Source: Biomphalaria pfeifferi
Taxonomy: Eukaryota
Direction: 5' to 3'
Length of the DNA: 64,000 bases
Assembly (NCBI GenBank): GCA_030265305.1
Contig: JASAOG010000079.1
Span: 237,331 to 301,330 of the forward strand
Positions 63,546 to 64,000 of the stretch are shown one piece after another; position 1 is the first letter of the stretch; every line of letters starts with the position of its first letter. Made by a program: the position numbers and the translations under genes. The notes beneath the pieces are model-generated. The model searched no databases, had not been told where the DNA came from, and worked only from the letters and a program-made list of their open reading frames with translations.

Positions 63546-64000
63546 GCCCCCCGAAAGACGCTATTAGTTTTGTGTGGTCTGTCTGTCCGTCCCGTTTAGA
63601 TCTCAGAAACTAGAAGAGAAAATGAAAATCGGATATTATGATATTTAAGATCATTCAAAGTTCTGATGCAACGGCTACTTTTTTTTCCACAAAAGTGAAT
63701 CATTTACTTTAAAAAATTATCTATGGAAGCAAAAAAAAAAAACACCACTTTTATATAAAAAACTTCATGGGAGGTAAGTTTTTTAAAAAAGGTCACAGAC
63801 CTCTTCATTAATAACTCAAGCTATTCATTCATAGATTCGCACATTGGTACAAAAACTTTGCATATAAGGTCGCAATGGGAAAAGTATCAATGTATTATTA
63901 TAAAATACATTCTCCATTTATTAACTAACTCAAGGTATTAAATACTGATTGAATTGTTTTAAAAAAATAAATTTACAGGAACTTCGCTTTAGTTTTAAGT

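Overview
This is a eukaryotic (metazoan) sequence: AT-rich, intron-rich and saturated with SINEs and LINEs. It is most likely from an invertebrate, possibly a mollusc (inference only). It is not prokaryotic.

The main feature is a large attractin-like gene (ATRN/ATRNL1/MEGF8 family) on the minus strand. It runs from the start codon at about 58037 to the stop at about 23324, across roughly 35 kb. I reconstructed 27 coding exons by eye, using splice-site consensus, phase continuity and my recollection of human attractin. The predicted domain order is signal peptide/EGF, then CUB, then two EGFs, then six kelch repeats, then four PSI domains, then laminin-type EGFs, then a transmembrane segment, then the conserved cytoplasmic MASRPF tail. 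Two stretches are missing: the second half of CUB and the first half of the transmembrane/juxtamembrane segment. The C-type lectin domain found in vertebrate attractin appears to be absent.

A second, partial minus-strand gene lies at 1131..4207 and runs off the window start. It encodes a novel Ser/Lys-rich protein with seven tandem 13-aa repeats.

All remaining sequence is interspersed repeats:
- three tRNA-derived SINE families
- an RT-encoding LINE with an intact 412-aa RT ORF, plus about nine copies of its 3' tail
- at least five CR1-like LINE 3' fragments carrying the C-terminal zinc finger
- RTE-like 3' tails
- a degraded LTR-retrotransposon pol fragment (DTGA protease)
- a MITE family with CAGTGCTTTTTT termini
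- long (AT)n microsatellites and unusual G/C homopolymers up to G30

Most ORFs in the supplied track are translations of SINEs, antisense strands or introns and are not genes. All coordinates are hand-derived and may be off by ±3 nt.
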